A stretch of DNA of 64,000 nt from an uncultured bacterium (GCA_902489575.1 CABUAQ010000001.1:146-64145); one strand, 5' to 3'; shown: positions 46,111 to 55,282, counted from the stretch's first letter. Numbers and translations are program-made. The notes: generated by a model from the sequence alone, not told the origin.

Positions 46111-46812
46111 ATGACTAATATACAAGTTTCACAAGAAATTCAAGAAAAATGCTGCGTTGCTCGCGGTGTAAAAGGAGTGCCTGCTCCAATTCCTCAAGAA
46201 GGTGAATGGACAAAGTGTAAAGAAATTAAAGACATTTCAGGTCTTACACACGGTTGCGGGTGCTGTGCACCTCAACAAGGTACTTGCAAATTAACTTTAA
46301 ACGTAAAAAATGGTATCATCCAAGAAGCTCTGGTTGAAACTATCGGTTGTTCGGGTATGACACACTCTGCTGCGATGGCGGGTGAAATTCTTCCAGGTAA
46401 AACTATTTTGGAAGCATTGAATACTGACCTCGTTTGTGATGCTATCAACGTTGCTATGAGGGAATTATTCTTACAAATCGTTTACGGTAGAACTCAATCT
46501 GCATTCTCTGAAAATGGTTTACCTGTTGGTGCCGGACTTGAAGATTTAGGTAAAGGACTTTGCTCTATGTGTGGTACAATCCACTCTACAAAACAAAAGG
46601 GTGTTAGATATCTTTCATTAACCGAAGGTTACATCTTAAAAATGGGTCTTGATAAAAATGACGAAGTTATCGGTTATCAATTTGTTAACCTTGGCAAAGT
46701 TATGGATGCAATCAAAAAAGGAATTGATCCTAAAGAAGCTTACGAGAAAAATATCGGTACATACGGCAGATTTGCTGATGCTGTTAAATATATCGATCCT
46801 CGTGAAGAATAG
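46111..46812 (+). CDS. NifU/IscU-N-like iron-sulfur scaffold-type protein
   Basis: 'HGCGCCAPQQGTCKLTLNVKNGIIQEALVETIGCSGMTHSAAMAGEILPGKTILEAL' follows the IscU-like Cys pattern. 233 aa. Confidence 0.65.
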   Translation: MTNIQVSQEIQEKCCVARGVKGVPAPIPQEGEWTKCKEIKDISGLTHGCGCCAPQQGTCKLTLNVKNGIIQEALVETIGCSGMTHSAAMAGEILPGKTILEALNTDLVCDAINVAMRELFLQIVYGRTQSAFSENGLPVGAGLEDLGKGLCSMCGTIHSTKQKGVRYLSLTEGYILKMGLDKNDEVIGYQFVNLGKVMDAIKKGIDPKEAYEKNIGTYGRFADAVKYIDPREE

Positions 46813-46933
46813 GGGTAAATATATTATTCCGTCTTTCCGAACCGGATCCGGAAGCTAAATATATATAAGATGCTGAAATAAATTCAGCATGACAGGTTAA
46901 CTTAAGTATATTAAAATAAAGGGAAAATAAATT

Positions 46934-47938
46934 ATGACAGTAAAATTTGAAGGACAAGACAGACGTCAAGCTACTTTGAAAAAAGTTTTACCTGAATACG
47001 GTCTAAAAAACTTGGAAGAAGCTCGCGAATTATGCTTATCAAAAGGAATTGATGTTGATGCAATCGTTAAAGGTATTCAGCCTATCGCATTTGATAATGC
47101 TTCTTGGGCATATACTTTGGGTTGTGCTATTGCAATTAAAAAAGGCCTTAAAACTGCTGCTGAAGTTGCTGAGGCTATTGGTTTAGGTTTACAAGCGTTT
47201 GCCGTACCGGGCTCTGTTGGTGACAGAAGGCAAGTTGGTATCGGTCACGGTAACCTTGGTGCAATGCTATTAAGAGAAGAAACTAAATGTTTTTGTTTCT
47301 TAGCCGGTCACGAATCTTTCGCTGCTGCTGAAGGTGCTATCGGTATTGCCAGAAACGCTAACAAAGTTAGAAAAGAACCTTTAAGAGTTATCTTAAACGG
47401 TTTGGGTAAAGACGCTGCATACGTTATTGCAAGAATTAACGGTTTTACAGCTGTTGAAACTGAATATGATTACAAAACCGGTGAATTAAAAATTAAAAAA
47501 GAAATACCGTTCTCAGATGGAGAAAGAGCTAAAGTTAAATGCTATGGTGTTGATGATGTTAACGAAGGTGTTGCAGTAATGATTCATGAAGGCGTTGATG
47601 TATCTATCACCGGTAACTCAACTAACCCGACTCGTTTCCAACACCCTGTTGCAGGAACTTACAAAAAATGGTGCTGGGAAAACGGTAGAAAATACTTCTC
47701 AGTAGCATCAGGCGGTGGTACAGGTAGAACTCTTCATCCGGATAACGTTGCTGCTGGTCCTGCTTCTTACGGTATGACAGATACTATGGGCAGAATGCAC
47801 GGTGATGCACAATTCGCAGGTTCTTCTTCAGTTCCTGCTCACGTAGAAATGATGGGCGTTATCGGTATGGGTAACAACCCTATGGTAGGTGCTACAGTTG
47901 CATGTGCCGTTGCTGTTTCTCAAGCTATGAGCAAATAG
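46934..47938 (+). CDS. GGGtGRT-family protein (function unknown)
   Basis: Contains the eponymous 'ASGGGTGRTLHPDN' motif. 334 aa. Follows a NifU-like gene, as I recall for this family. Confidence 0.8.
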   Translation: MTVKFEGQDRRQATLKKVLPEYGLKNLEEARELCLSKGIDVDAIVKGIQPIAFDNASWAYTLGCAIAIKKGLKTAAEVAEAIGLGLQAFAVPGSVGDRRQVGIGHGNLGAMLLREETKCFCFLAGHESFAAAEGAIGIARNANKVRKEPLRVILNGLGKDAAYVIARINGFTAVETEYDYKTGELKIKKEIPFSDGERAKVKCYGVDDVNEGVAVMIHEGVDVSITGNSTNPTRFQHPVAGTYKKWCWENGRKYFSVASGGGTGRTLHPDNVAAGPASYGMTDTMGRMHGDAQFAGSSSVPAHVEMMGVIGMGNNPMVGATVACAVAVSQAMSK

Positions 47939-47962
47939 AACTGAATTTGTGATAAAAAACTT

Positions 47963-47997
47963 AAGAACTTCCATGTAAATCGTGGAAGTTCTTTTTA
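47963..47997 (+). terminator. Rho-independent terminator after the GGGtGRT gene
   Basis: AAGAACTTCCA (47963-47973) / TGGAAGTTCTT (47983-47993), then TTTTAT. Confidence 0.8.
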
Positions 47998-48295
47998 TAT
48001 GTTAAATAGTAATTGTTAAGCTAAGATTTAAAAAGTACATGCGTTTTATATATCTATTATATACTTGTCATATATGCTATACACTGGTTTAAGAATTATT
48101 AACAACAATATAGCAAAAAAAGCAATTCTTTAAAACAAAAAACGTTTATATATATGTAAGGGGAATGCAAAAACATTCTAAGGGAAAAGAAAAGAAAAGA
48201 AATCTATTTTTAACAAATAGATGTATTTGTAAAAAGGATATAAATAAAAAAAGATTTTTATACTCTCTCTCTTAATATCCTCGTGTTTATTTAAT

Positions 48296-48322
48296 GTTGC
48301 CATAATCTGGCAACTTTTTTTT
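48296..48322 (+). terminator. Rho-independent terminator closing an orphan intergenic unit
   Basis: GTTGCCA (48296-48302) / TGGCAAC (48308-48314) followed by T8 (48315-48322). Confidence 0.75.
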
Positions 48323-48391
48323 GCTTGTAAATATTATTTCTAATTAATTGCTAATTATTCCAATTATACTTGTTTATATTAAAATAATCCT

Positions 48392-49024
48392 ATGAGCGAA
48401 TTATTTGAGTACGATAAACTTATGGGCAAGGTAATAGGAACAGATGAAGCAGGAAGAGGCCCGGCAGCAGGTGGAGTTTTTGCTGCAGCGGTTTATTTCC
48501 CAAAACTCACACAATCTCTTCTTTCAGATCTTGATCGGCTTAATGACTCAAAAAAGCTCTCAAAAGTCGCAAGAGAAAAACTTTATGATATCATTAAAAA
48601 CAATTCTGTAAATTCTGTTGTCTGTATTGAGGTTGATGAAATTGAAAAAATAAATATCCTGAACGCTTCTCTAAAAGCAATGAAACTTTCTTGCGAAAAT
48701 GTTATTAAACAAAGCGGATTGAAAGAATTTACAACCCTTGTTGACGGTAACAAAATGATAAAGAATTATATTTATCCTCAACAATTTGTAATAAGAGGCG
48801 ACGGAAAATCAGCATCAATTGCAGCTGCCAGCATACTTGCAAAAGTAGAACGTGACAGATACATGGATAAACTTGCTTCCAAATTCCCGCAATACGGCTG
48901 GAACAGAAATGCCGGATATCTTACTCCGGAACACCTGAAAGCAATTGATGAATACGGATTATCCAGGCATCACAGACCCTCTTTTTTAAAAAAACACTTT
49001 GAAAAACAATTAACTTTATTTTAA
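48392..49024 (+). CDS. rnhB: Ribonuclease HII
   Basis: 'GTDEAGRGPAAGGVFAAAV', 'DSKKLS', 'SIAAASILAKVERD'. Confidence 0.93.
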   Translation: MSELFEYDKLMGKVIGTDEAGRGPAAGGVFAAAVYFPKLTQSLLSDLDRLNDSKKLSKVAREKLYDIIKNNSVNSVVCIEVDEIEKINILNASLKAMKLSCENVIKQSGLKEFTTLVDGNKMIKNYIYPQQFVIRGDGKSASIAAASILAKVERDRYMDKLASKFPQYGWNRNAGYLTPEHLKAIDEYGLSRHHRPSFLKKHFEKQLTLF

Positions 49025-49837
49025 CTATTTATAAATAAAATTACCAATTTGAACAGATGTCACATAAACTGTTTCACATGACCCATAACCACGGTTATAT
49101 CTTTCGGTATCTGTCCTTGATAAGCTTGTTTTGTATTCTTGAACATCAGAAAATTTACTCCGCCTGTACTTCATATCAATAAGCTCACCTTCTATTTTTA
49201 CCTTGTCCCATTCTTTTAACTTTAGCATTGCAGCCATCACATTTCTGCTCGCCGGAACAATATGAGAATGTGACCAATGAGACATTGCATAATCAGCAGT
49301 CACAGGCATCTGCCTCGTTTTAAATTCAGTCCACAATATTCTTGAACCGGTAACCTGATTTTTATCACTGTAACTTTGAAAATATTTTTTATAAAACTTC
49401 TTATCAGACAATTTACCCCATGCTGCACCTAAATCATACAAAGCTGCACTGTCAAAAAAATCACTTACAAAAATAAAATTATAATTATACGCCACAACAC
49501 TTCCTGAAAGCTCATAATGAGCCTGGGGAAATATTTCTATTTTATGGTCATTAATTAAAGACGTATATGTAAAAATTTTTTTCTCTTTATCTTCCGGAGA
49601 ATAATCTATTTGAATGGGGTCTTTAGATACATCAATAGTTGAACTCGTATATCCGCTTGGAATTGCAACTCCAAATTTTAACCAATACCCGATCCAACCT
49701 CTGAATAAAAATACCAGTATAAGAAAAATTACTATATATATTTTTTCAAGCTTGTCCTCATAAGCCAAAATATCTTTATATAATTTGGCATCAATTTGAG
49801 AAGTTGTAGTATAGCTAAAGACCTCATTCATTACCAT
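49025..49837 (-). CDS. Membrane-anchored hypothetical protein
   Basis: 270 aa. Single TM helix (IYIVIFLILVFLFRGWIGYWL), then a Y/F/S-rich extracytoplasmic domain. No family recognised. Its stop abuts the rnhB stop. Confidence 0.6.
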   Translation of the reverse strand: MVMNEVFSYTTTSQIDAKLYKDILAYEDKLEKIYIVIFLILVFLFRGWIGYWLKFGVAIPSGYTSSTIDVSKDPIQIDYSPEDKEKKIFTYTSLINDHKIEIFPQAHYELSGSVVAYNYNFIFVSDFFDSAALYDLGAAWGKLSDKKFYKKYFQSYSDKNQVTGSRILWTEFKTRQMPVTADYAMSHWSHSHIVPASRNVMAAMLKLKEWDKVKIEGELIDMKYRRSKFSDVQEYKTSLSRTDTERYNRGYGSCETVYVTSVQIGNFIYK

Positions 49838-49985
49838 ATTCTAACAGATTAAAAAAAAATTTCATACTATACAGATATGAAAATTGATTAATATTTTTTA
49901 ATAAATGAACAAAAATATTAAAGTAATGAACAGAATAAACCGATAACATGTTTGTAATCATCAGTCTAAACGGAGTAATCAAAAA

Positions 49986-50141
49986 ATGCTAAAGAAGATA
50001 ACAACACCATCAAATAACAGATGTGAAAGTGTTGAATTAATATTAAGAGGAGCAAAAAAACGCCGAACTTTGGCGTATGGTAATGCGAATATGATTAATT
50101 CTGACGCAGGGATTAAGGCTAATATAGCCGCAGTAAAATAG
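49986..50141 (+). CDS. Candidate small protein (51 aa), below the ORF-track cutoff
   Basis: GGAG 11 nt upstream of ATG 49986. MLKKITTPSNNRCESVELILRGAKKRRTLAYGNANMINSDAGIKANIAAVK, stop TAG 50139-50141. GC-clamped hairpin plus T-run at about 50179-50212. Confidence 0.3.
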   Translation: MLKKITTPSNNRCESVELILRGAKKRRTLAYGNANMINSDAGIKANIAAVK

Positions 50142-50300
50142 ACCTATCAAGAATAAGAAGAAAAGAGAGTTTATAAAAGCCGGAGCATGTGTGCAGCCGG
50201 CATTTTTATTTTCCACGATAAATTCCTCACATTATATTTAGACGAAAATGTGTCCAAAAGGTAATTAAATACACATCTACAAAACTCTTAGGAACAACAA

Positions 50301-51161
50301 TTAAATAATAGGGAATTTATCCAGAATAAATTTTCCAATTTTCCCGTCTCGAAAATCCCTCAAAATATAAACAGAAGTCCGCTCCCTGTCAGTTAAACCT
50401 CCTGTTAACAACCAATTGCGTTCAATTGATATATTATCAATATTAAGTTCTTTACCCTGAGGCAAACTGTAATAATCGCGAAAAGCCTTTGCCTGTCCAT
50501 CATCCAAAACATCCAAAAGCTCTTGAGCAACAATTTCATTAGAATACGCATTTTCAGATATCGCATTAACAAAAGCCAATTTTCTTGCTTTTTCCTGATC
50601 TTCCTGCTTCATAGGAATAATCCCCGGAGTATCAAGAAGTTCTAATTGAGGATTAATTCTAACCCACTGCTGCTGACGGGTAACTCCGGCTTTCGCTCCA
50701 ATTTTTGCCTTTGAAGAGCGGGTTAACTTGTTAATAATACTTGATTTTCCTACATTTGGCATTCCAACCACCATGACCCTTGCCGGACGACGAAGAAGTC
50801 CTTTTGCCATAATCGCTTGAATTCTTGGCTCTGAAAGTTCTACAGCTTTATTTACAATTATTTTTAAATCTTTAGAATTTTTAGCATCGGTAGGAATAAC
50901 AGGGCAAGCTGTTTTCTCTTCTAAATATTTTATAAATTTCACCAATTCTGATTTTTGAACTAAATCTGCCTTATTAAGTAAAAGTAAACGAGGCTTTTGA
51001 CCTAAAAGCCTCGTTATATCTTCATAACAACTTGACAGCGGTAATCTCGCATCAACAACTTCAATCACGGCATCCACTAAAGAAAGCTGCTCTTTGAGTT
51101 TCCTTTCTGCTCTGGCAATATGCCCAGGGTACCAGTGAATATGAGTCTTATCTTTTTTCAA
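50301..51161 (-). CDS. rbgA: Ribosome biogenesis GTPase A (YlqF)
   Basis: '[13 protein letters not shown]'. Permuted GTPase order: 'NKADL' precedes '[14 protein letters not shown]' and 'DTPGI'. Follows rplS with a 14-nt overlap. Confidence 0.9.
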   Translation of the reverse strand: MKKDKTHIHWYPGHIARAERKLKEQLSLVDAVIEVVDARLPLSSCYEDITRLLGQKPRLLLLNKADLVQKSELVKFIKYLEEKTACPVIPTDAKNSKDLKIIVNKAVELSEPRIQAIMAKGLLRRPARVMVVGMPNVGKSSIINKLTRSSKAKIGAKAGVTRQQQWVRINPQLELLDTPGIIPMKQEDQEKARKLAFVNAISENAYSNEIVAQELLDVLDDGQAKAFRDYYSLPQGKELNIDNISIERNWLLTGGLTDRERTSVYILRDFRDGKIGKFILDKFPII

Positions 51162-51504
51162 TTTTTTCCTTAATACGAGTTGCCTTACCTGAACGTTCTC
51201 TCAAGTAGTATAATTTTGCACGTCTAACATCACCACGTCTTAAGACACTGATTTTGTCAATTCTAGGAGAGTTGATTAAGAACACACGTTCTACACCAAC
51301 ACCTTGGAAAATTTTTCTTACTGTGATAGTTTTGTTAAGACCTGAACCATGCATCTTAATAATTGTACCTTCAAATGCCTGAATTCTTTCTTTGTTACCT
51401 TCAACAATTTTAACAAAAACTTTTACTGTATCACCGGCATTAAGATCCGGAAGATCTTTGCCCAAATAATTTTTTTCTAATTCATCAATGATTGGGTTAT
51501 TCAT
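51148..51504 (-). CDS. rplS: 50S ribosomal protein L19
   Basis: 118 aa, '[50 protein letters not shown]'. Confidence 0.95.
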   Translation of the reverse strand: MNNPIIDELEKNYLGKDLPDLNAGDTVKVFVKIVEGNKERIQAFEGTIIKMHGSGLNKTITVRKIFQGVGVERVFLINSPRIDKISVLRRGDVRRAKLYYLRERSGKATRIKEKIEKR

Positions 51505-51864
51505 TTTTGCTTTCCTTTATATTTCTAATCTATTACTTAATTGTGTAATTCCTTTATCGGTGTTTAAATAATTTCTTCCACAAAAAAATCCACCGACGCA
51601 CGTTCGTTATTCCAATGGTATAATAAATAAACTTATTTTGCAAGCTGCAATCAATAATATTGTTATTAATTGTAACGAACAACGTAGTATATTTTGCAAG
51701 CTATAATTTTATGATATATTGACCCTATGGGACAAGATTATAAAAAACTTTTAAACAAAAAAAAGAAAAAATATTGCGATATTAAAACAATGGGCGTAAA
51801 CATTGATAAAAATGAATTTTATGAAATAACAATGTCCAACTCTGCACATCCTGAAAATATTTAC

Positions 51865-51902
51865 CAGAAAAAATAACCACCTGTAATCATCATGGTGGTT
51901 AT
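51865..51902 (-). terminator. Rho-independent terminator after pyk
   Basis: ATAACCACC (51873-51881) / GGTGGTTAT (51894-51902), followed on the minus strand by TTTTTTCTG. Confidence 0.75.
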
Positions 51903-51923
51903 TTATATATGATAAAAATACAT

Positions 51924-53369
51924 CTATTCAGTAATTTGATGAATTTTCAAAAAGTTTGTTGATATACCTGACATAAGGTGAGGAATTGAACCTGTAACGA
52001 TAACCAAATCTCCGGGGACCATACCCAAATCCTTTTTCAAAAACTCATTTAACATTGAAATACTTTTATTATCAATACTTCTTTCATCACTTAACCCCGG
52101 TGCTACAGGAATTGAGCAAACATTACTATAAAGCTGCATCCATCTGCACACCTGAAAATTTGAACATAATGAATATATTGGAACTGATGGCCTGCATTCA
52201 GACATCAATGCAGGAGTATAACCTGTTGCTGTTAAAGTAATTACCCCCTTTATTCCTGACAAATTTTTCAATGTGTCAGCCACAGAAAGCGCAATTGCCT
52301 TTGGAACACCGTTTGTACAATTTGATAAATTTTCAACAAATTCATTTTTTCTGATAAATTGACTTGTCTTAATTTTTTCAGCGATTTTTCTCATCACAGA
52401 AACGGCTTCCACGGGATATTTACCCATTGCTGTTTCCCCCGAAAGCATAACCGCATCTGCACCATCTACAATAGCATTAGCTACATCTGACGTTTCGGCA
52501 CGTGTCGGAATAGGATTATCTATCATACTTTCCAGCATCTGAGTTGCAACAATTACAGGTTTTCTTGCGATGTTAGCTTTTCTTATTATTGCTTTTTGTG
52601 CTAACGGAACTCTTTCTGTTTCAATTTCAATACCTAAATCTCCTCTCGCAACCATAATACCATCTGAATTAGCAATAATCTCATCTATATTATCTATAGC
52701 TTGCGGTTTTTCAATTTTTGATACAATTCTTATCTTAGAACCGTTATTACAAAGAATTTCTCTAAGCTTTAAAATATCTTCCTTGTTCCTCACAAAAGAT
52801 AACCCCAGATAATCTATATCGTTTTTCATAGCAAAATCTACAAATTCAAGATCTCGTGCTGTTAAAATATCAATACTTCCTGTCCCCCCGGGAATATTTA
52901 ACCCTTTTCGGGATTTAATTTCACCTGTTGTCAAAACTTTTGCATATACAACATCACCCTTCACTTCTTCTATAAGAAGTTGAATCTTACCATCATCAAT
53001 CAAAATTTTTTCATTGGGTGTAACATCAGCTGCTATTCCTTTATAATCTACAGGTATGATACCATTTTTATATTCACTTTGATGTCTGAATTTCACGATT
53101 TCACCTGAAGAAACTTTTATAGGTGAATCCAAGATTCCAATTCTGATTTTTGGTCCTTGCAAATCCAGTAACACAGGAATTATCGCTTTTTCCTCTTTTT
53201 CAACTTTTCTTATACAGTTCAAAGTCTTTGCATGAACTTCTACTGTTTCATGAGAAGAGTTAATTCTAAACATTGTTACACCGGCTCTGTACAAATTTCT
53301 TATACTTTCTTCGTTATTCGTTGCCGGACCTAATGTAGATACAATCTTAGTCGCTGTTATATTTTTCAT
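51924..53369 (-). CDS. pyk: Pyruvate kinase
   Basis: 'TKIVSTLGPAT', 'MVARGDLGIEI', 'ATQMLESM'. Start set at ATG 53369, which has a GGAG SD; the track start is 33 nt upstream. Confidence 0.93.
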   Translation of the reverse strand: MKNITATKIVSTLGPATNNEESIRNLYRAGVTMFRINSSHETVEVHAKTLNCIRKVEKEEKAIIPVLLDLQGPKIRIGILDSPIKVSSGEIVKFRHQSEYKNGIIPVDYKGIAADVTPNEKILIDDGKIQLLIEEVKGDVVYAKVLTTGEIKSRKGLNIPGGTGSIDILTARDLEFVDFAMKNDIDYLGLSFVRNKEDILKLREILCNNGSKIRIVSKIEKPQAIDNIDEIIANSDGIMVARGDLGIEIETERVPLAQKAIIRKANIARKPVIVATQMLESMIDNPIPTRAETSDVANAIVDGADAVMLSGETAMGKYPVEAVSVMRKIAEKIKTSQFIRKNEFVENLSNCTNGVPKAIALSVADTLKNLSGIKGVITLTATGYTPALMSECRPSVPIYSLCSNFQVCRWMQLYSNVCSIPVAPGLSDERSIDNKSISMLNEFLKKDLGMVPGDLVIVTGSIPHLMSGISTNFLKIHQITE

Positions 53370-53483
53370 TGTTATCTCCTGTTTTCGGGGCAAATAAAGC
53401 ATGCCATTACTATTTACAATTTCACTTTATTATATTATAATAAAAATGGTTATTATTTACGAATTAAGAAAAAGGAAGGGTAA

Positions 53484-54752
53484 ATGAAAAAATTATTAGC
53501 TTGTTTAATAGTAGGTGGTTTCTTAGCCATTAACACTATGCCTGCATTCTCATACCAGGGTATTGACGATGTAGAACAAAATTACTGGGCGCAGCCGGAA
53601 ATTGCAAGTGTTGTTGCCGATTCTGTTATGACTCTAAATAATGGAAACTTCAATCCTGAAGGTACTATGACAAGGGTTGAATTTGTTAAGGCTTTATTAA
53701 AAGTTTTAGGAAACGATGACCTTGAAATAACTTCTAACGTTAGATTTTCGGATGTAAAAACATCTAGTAAAGAATACGCTCCAATTGCAAGATCTCAGCA
53801 ATTAGGCTTAGTTTACGGCTATCCTAACGGAACATTCCAACCAAATAAAGCAGTCTTAAGAGATGAAGCTCAATCTGTAATAAGCCACATTACAATTGAA
53901 GGTGATGTTGACAGAGCAATAGTTACTAAATTCTCTGATGCTGCTAAAGTTCCATCTTGGGCTAACGAAGTTTATGCAAAAACATTGTCTTATGGTATTT
54001 ACGTAAATCACCCTGATGAAAACGAATTAAGACCAACTGATGAATTATCCAGAGCAGAAGCTGCTGTTTTACTATACAAATTAAGACAAAGACTTGATCT
54101 TGTTAAATCTCAATACAAAAAAGAAACCATTTTAGGTACTGAACATTTAACAATGGTTAAAAAAGCTCCAAACCACGATGTTACTATTACAAATATCAGA
54201 AACATCATCTTGGAAGGTAACGTTTTAGAAGTATCTTTCAATGAAGCTTTTAAGTCAAAATTGCACGCAGCTGGTGATGCTGTAACATTTACAAACCCTG
54301 AAGATATTAAAACTGATGAAGGAACTTTATTAATCCCTGCAGGGTCAATTTTCTCAGGATTAGTTTTGGATATTAAAGAACCACAATGGTTCAATAAGAA
54401 TGCAAGAGTTTATGTCCAGCTAAACAAAATTACAACTCCTTGCGGTAAAACAGTTGACCTTAACGCAAAACCTTTCTACAAAGACTATGCATTAAAAGAA
54501 GGTCCTTGGATGACCGCCGGTAAAGTTGCACTATACACAGTGGGTGGTGCTGCTGTCGGTACAGGCGCAGGTGTTGGATTTTCATTCATCCCTTCCCCTG
54601 ATAAAATCGGGACTGGTATTGCTATCGGAACTCCGGTTGGTGCAGGTATCGGTTTGATCACAGGTTTAGTAACTCCAGGTTTAAACTATAGCGCTAAAAA
54701 CGGGGAATCTATTAAAGTTATCTTACTTGAAGATGCAAGTATCTGCAAATAA
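53484..54752 (+). CDS. SLH-domain envelope protein with a Gly-rich hydrophobic C-terminal segment
   Basis: Signal peptide. Three SLH-like units ('YWAQPEIASVV..', 'FSDVKTSSKEYAPIARSQQLGLVYGYPNGTFQP', 'FSDAAKVPSWANEVYAKTL..'). C-terminal 'VGGAAVGTGAGVGFSF...GIAIGTPVGAGIGLITGLV'. Confidence 0.8.
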   Translation: MKKLLACLIVGGFLAINTMPAFSYQGIDDVEQNYWAQPEIASVVADSVMTLNNGNFNPEGTMTRVEFVKALLKVLGNDDLEITSNVRFSDVKTSSKEYAPIARSQQLGLVYGYPNGTFQPNKAVLRDEAQSVISHITIEGDVDRAIVTKFSDAAKVPSWANEVYAKTLSYGIYVNHPDENELRPTDELSRAEAAVLLYKLRQRLDLVKSQYKKETILGTEHLTMVKKAPNHDVTITNIRNIILEGNVLEVSFNEAFKSKLHAAGDAVTFTNPEDIKTDEGTLLIPAGSIFSGLVLDIKEPQWFNKNARVYVQLNKITTPCGKTVDLNAKPFYKDYALKEGPWMTAGKVALYTVGGAAVGTGAGVGFSFIPSPDKIGTGIAIGTPVGAGIGLITGLVTPGLNYSAKNGESIKVILLEDASICK

Positions 54753-54780
54753 GATTTATAATCAGTAAAAATTTAAAAAA

Positions 54781-54812
54781 GGTTCAAGAAACAGTTCTTG
54801 AGCCTTTTTTAT
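54781..54812 (+). terminator. Rho-independent terminator after the SLH gene
   Basis: GGTTCAAGAA / TTCTTGAGCC stem (one G-U pair), followed by TTTTTTATTT. Confidence 0.7.
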
Positions 54813-54947
54813 TTAAAAAATTAAACTATCAGGCTAAACTATTTCAATAATACATACTCTCTTTGTGGCTATAGTAATAATATTTAAAACTTATAAAATT
54901 AAAGTGTAGCCGACATAAATAACCCTACCAAATAATAAGGAGACAGT

Positions 54948-55229
54948 ATGAAAAATTTATTTGCAACATTCACATTATTGGCGTTTTTAACCATTCCTGC
55001 CCAGGGAGCATTTGCTTGGAGCTATGAAGGACTTAACAGTTTAAACCCGTTTACTGGTTTTAGACAATGTAACAAGTGCGTAAAAGTAGAGAAATGTAAG
55101 AAACCAAAACTTACAAAATGTGAAAAATTACACGGAGTAAAAATTAAACGTGGTCAGCCTTGCGGTTGTGCTGCACCAATTATAATGGAACCCGTACAAA
55201 AATGCACTAATTGCCAAAGAGCATTTTAA
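54948..55229 (+). CDS. Small secreted cysteine-rich protein
   Basis: SD AAGGAG. Signal peptide MKNLFATFTLLAFLTIPAQGAFA. 70-aa mature part with 9 Cys (..QCNKCVKVEKCKKPKLTKCEK..PCGCAAP..KCTNCQ..). Confidence 0.65.
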   Translation: MKNLFATFTLLAFLTIPAQGAFAWSYEGLNSLNPFTGFRQCNKCVKVEKCKKPKLTKCEKLHGVKIKRGQPCGCAAPIIMEPVQKCTNCQRAF

Positions 55230-55243
55230 ACTCCCGGTAACAA

Positions 55244-55278
55244 AAGGAGAAGGGGCTGCAATGCAGCCCCTTCTCCTT
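55244..55278. terminator. Bidirectional terminator between convergent genes
   Basis: Near-perfect 17-nt arms AAGGAGAAGGGGCTGCA / TGCAGCCCCTTCTCCTT, with T/A-rich flanks on both sides. Confidence 0.75.
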
Positions 55279-55282
55279 TATT

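Noticed and set aside
49024-49025. Zero-nt spacing between the convergent rnhB and 49025..49837 stops as a sign of misassembly
   Set aside because: Both ORFs are complete and end at proper stop codons. Abutting convergent genes are common in compact genomes.
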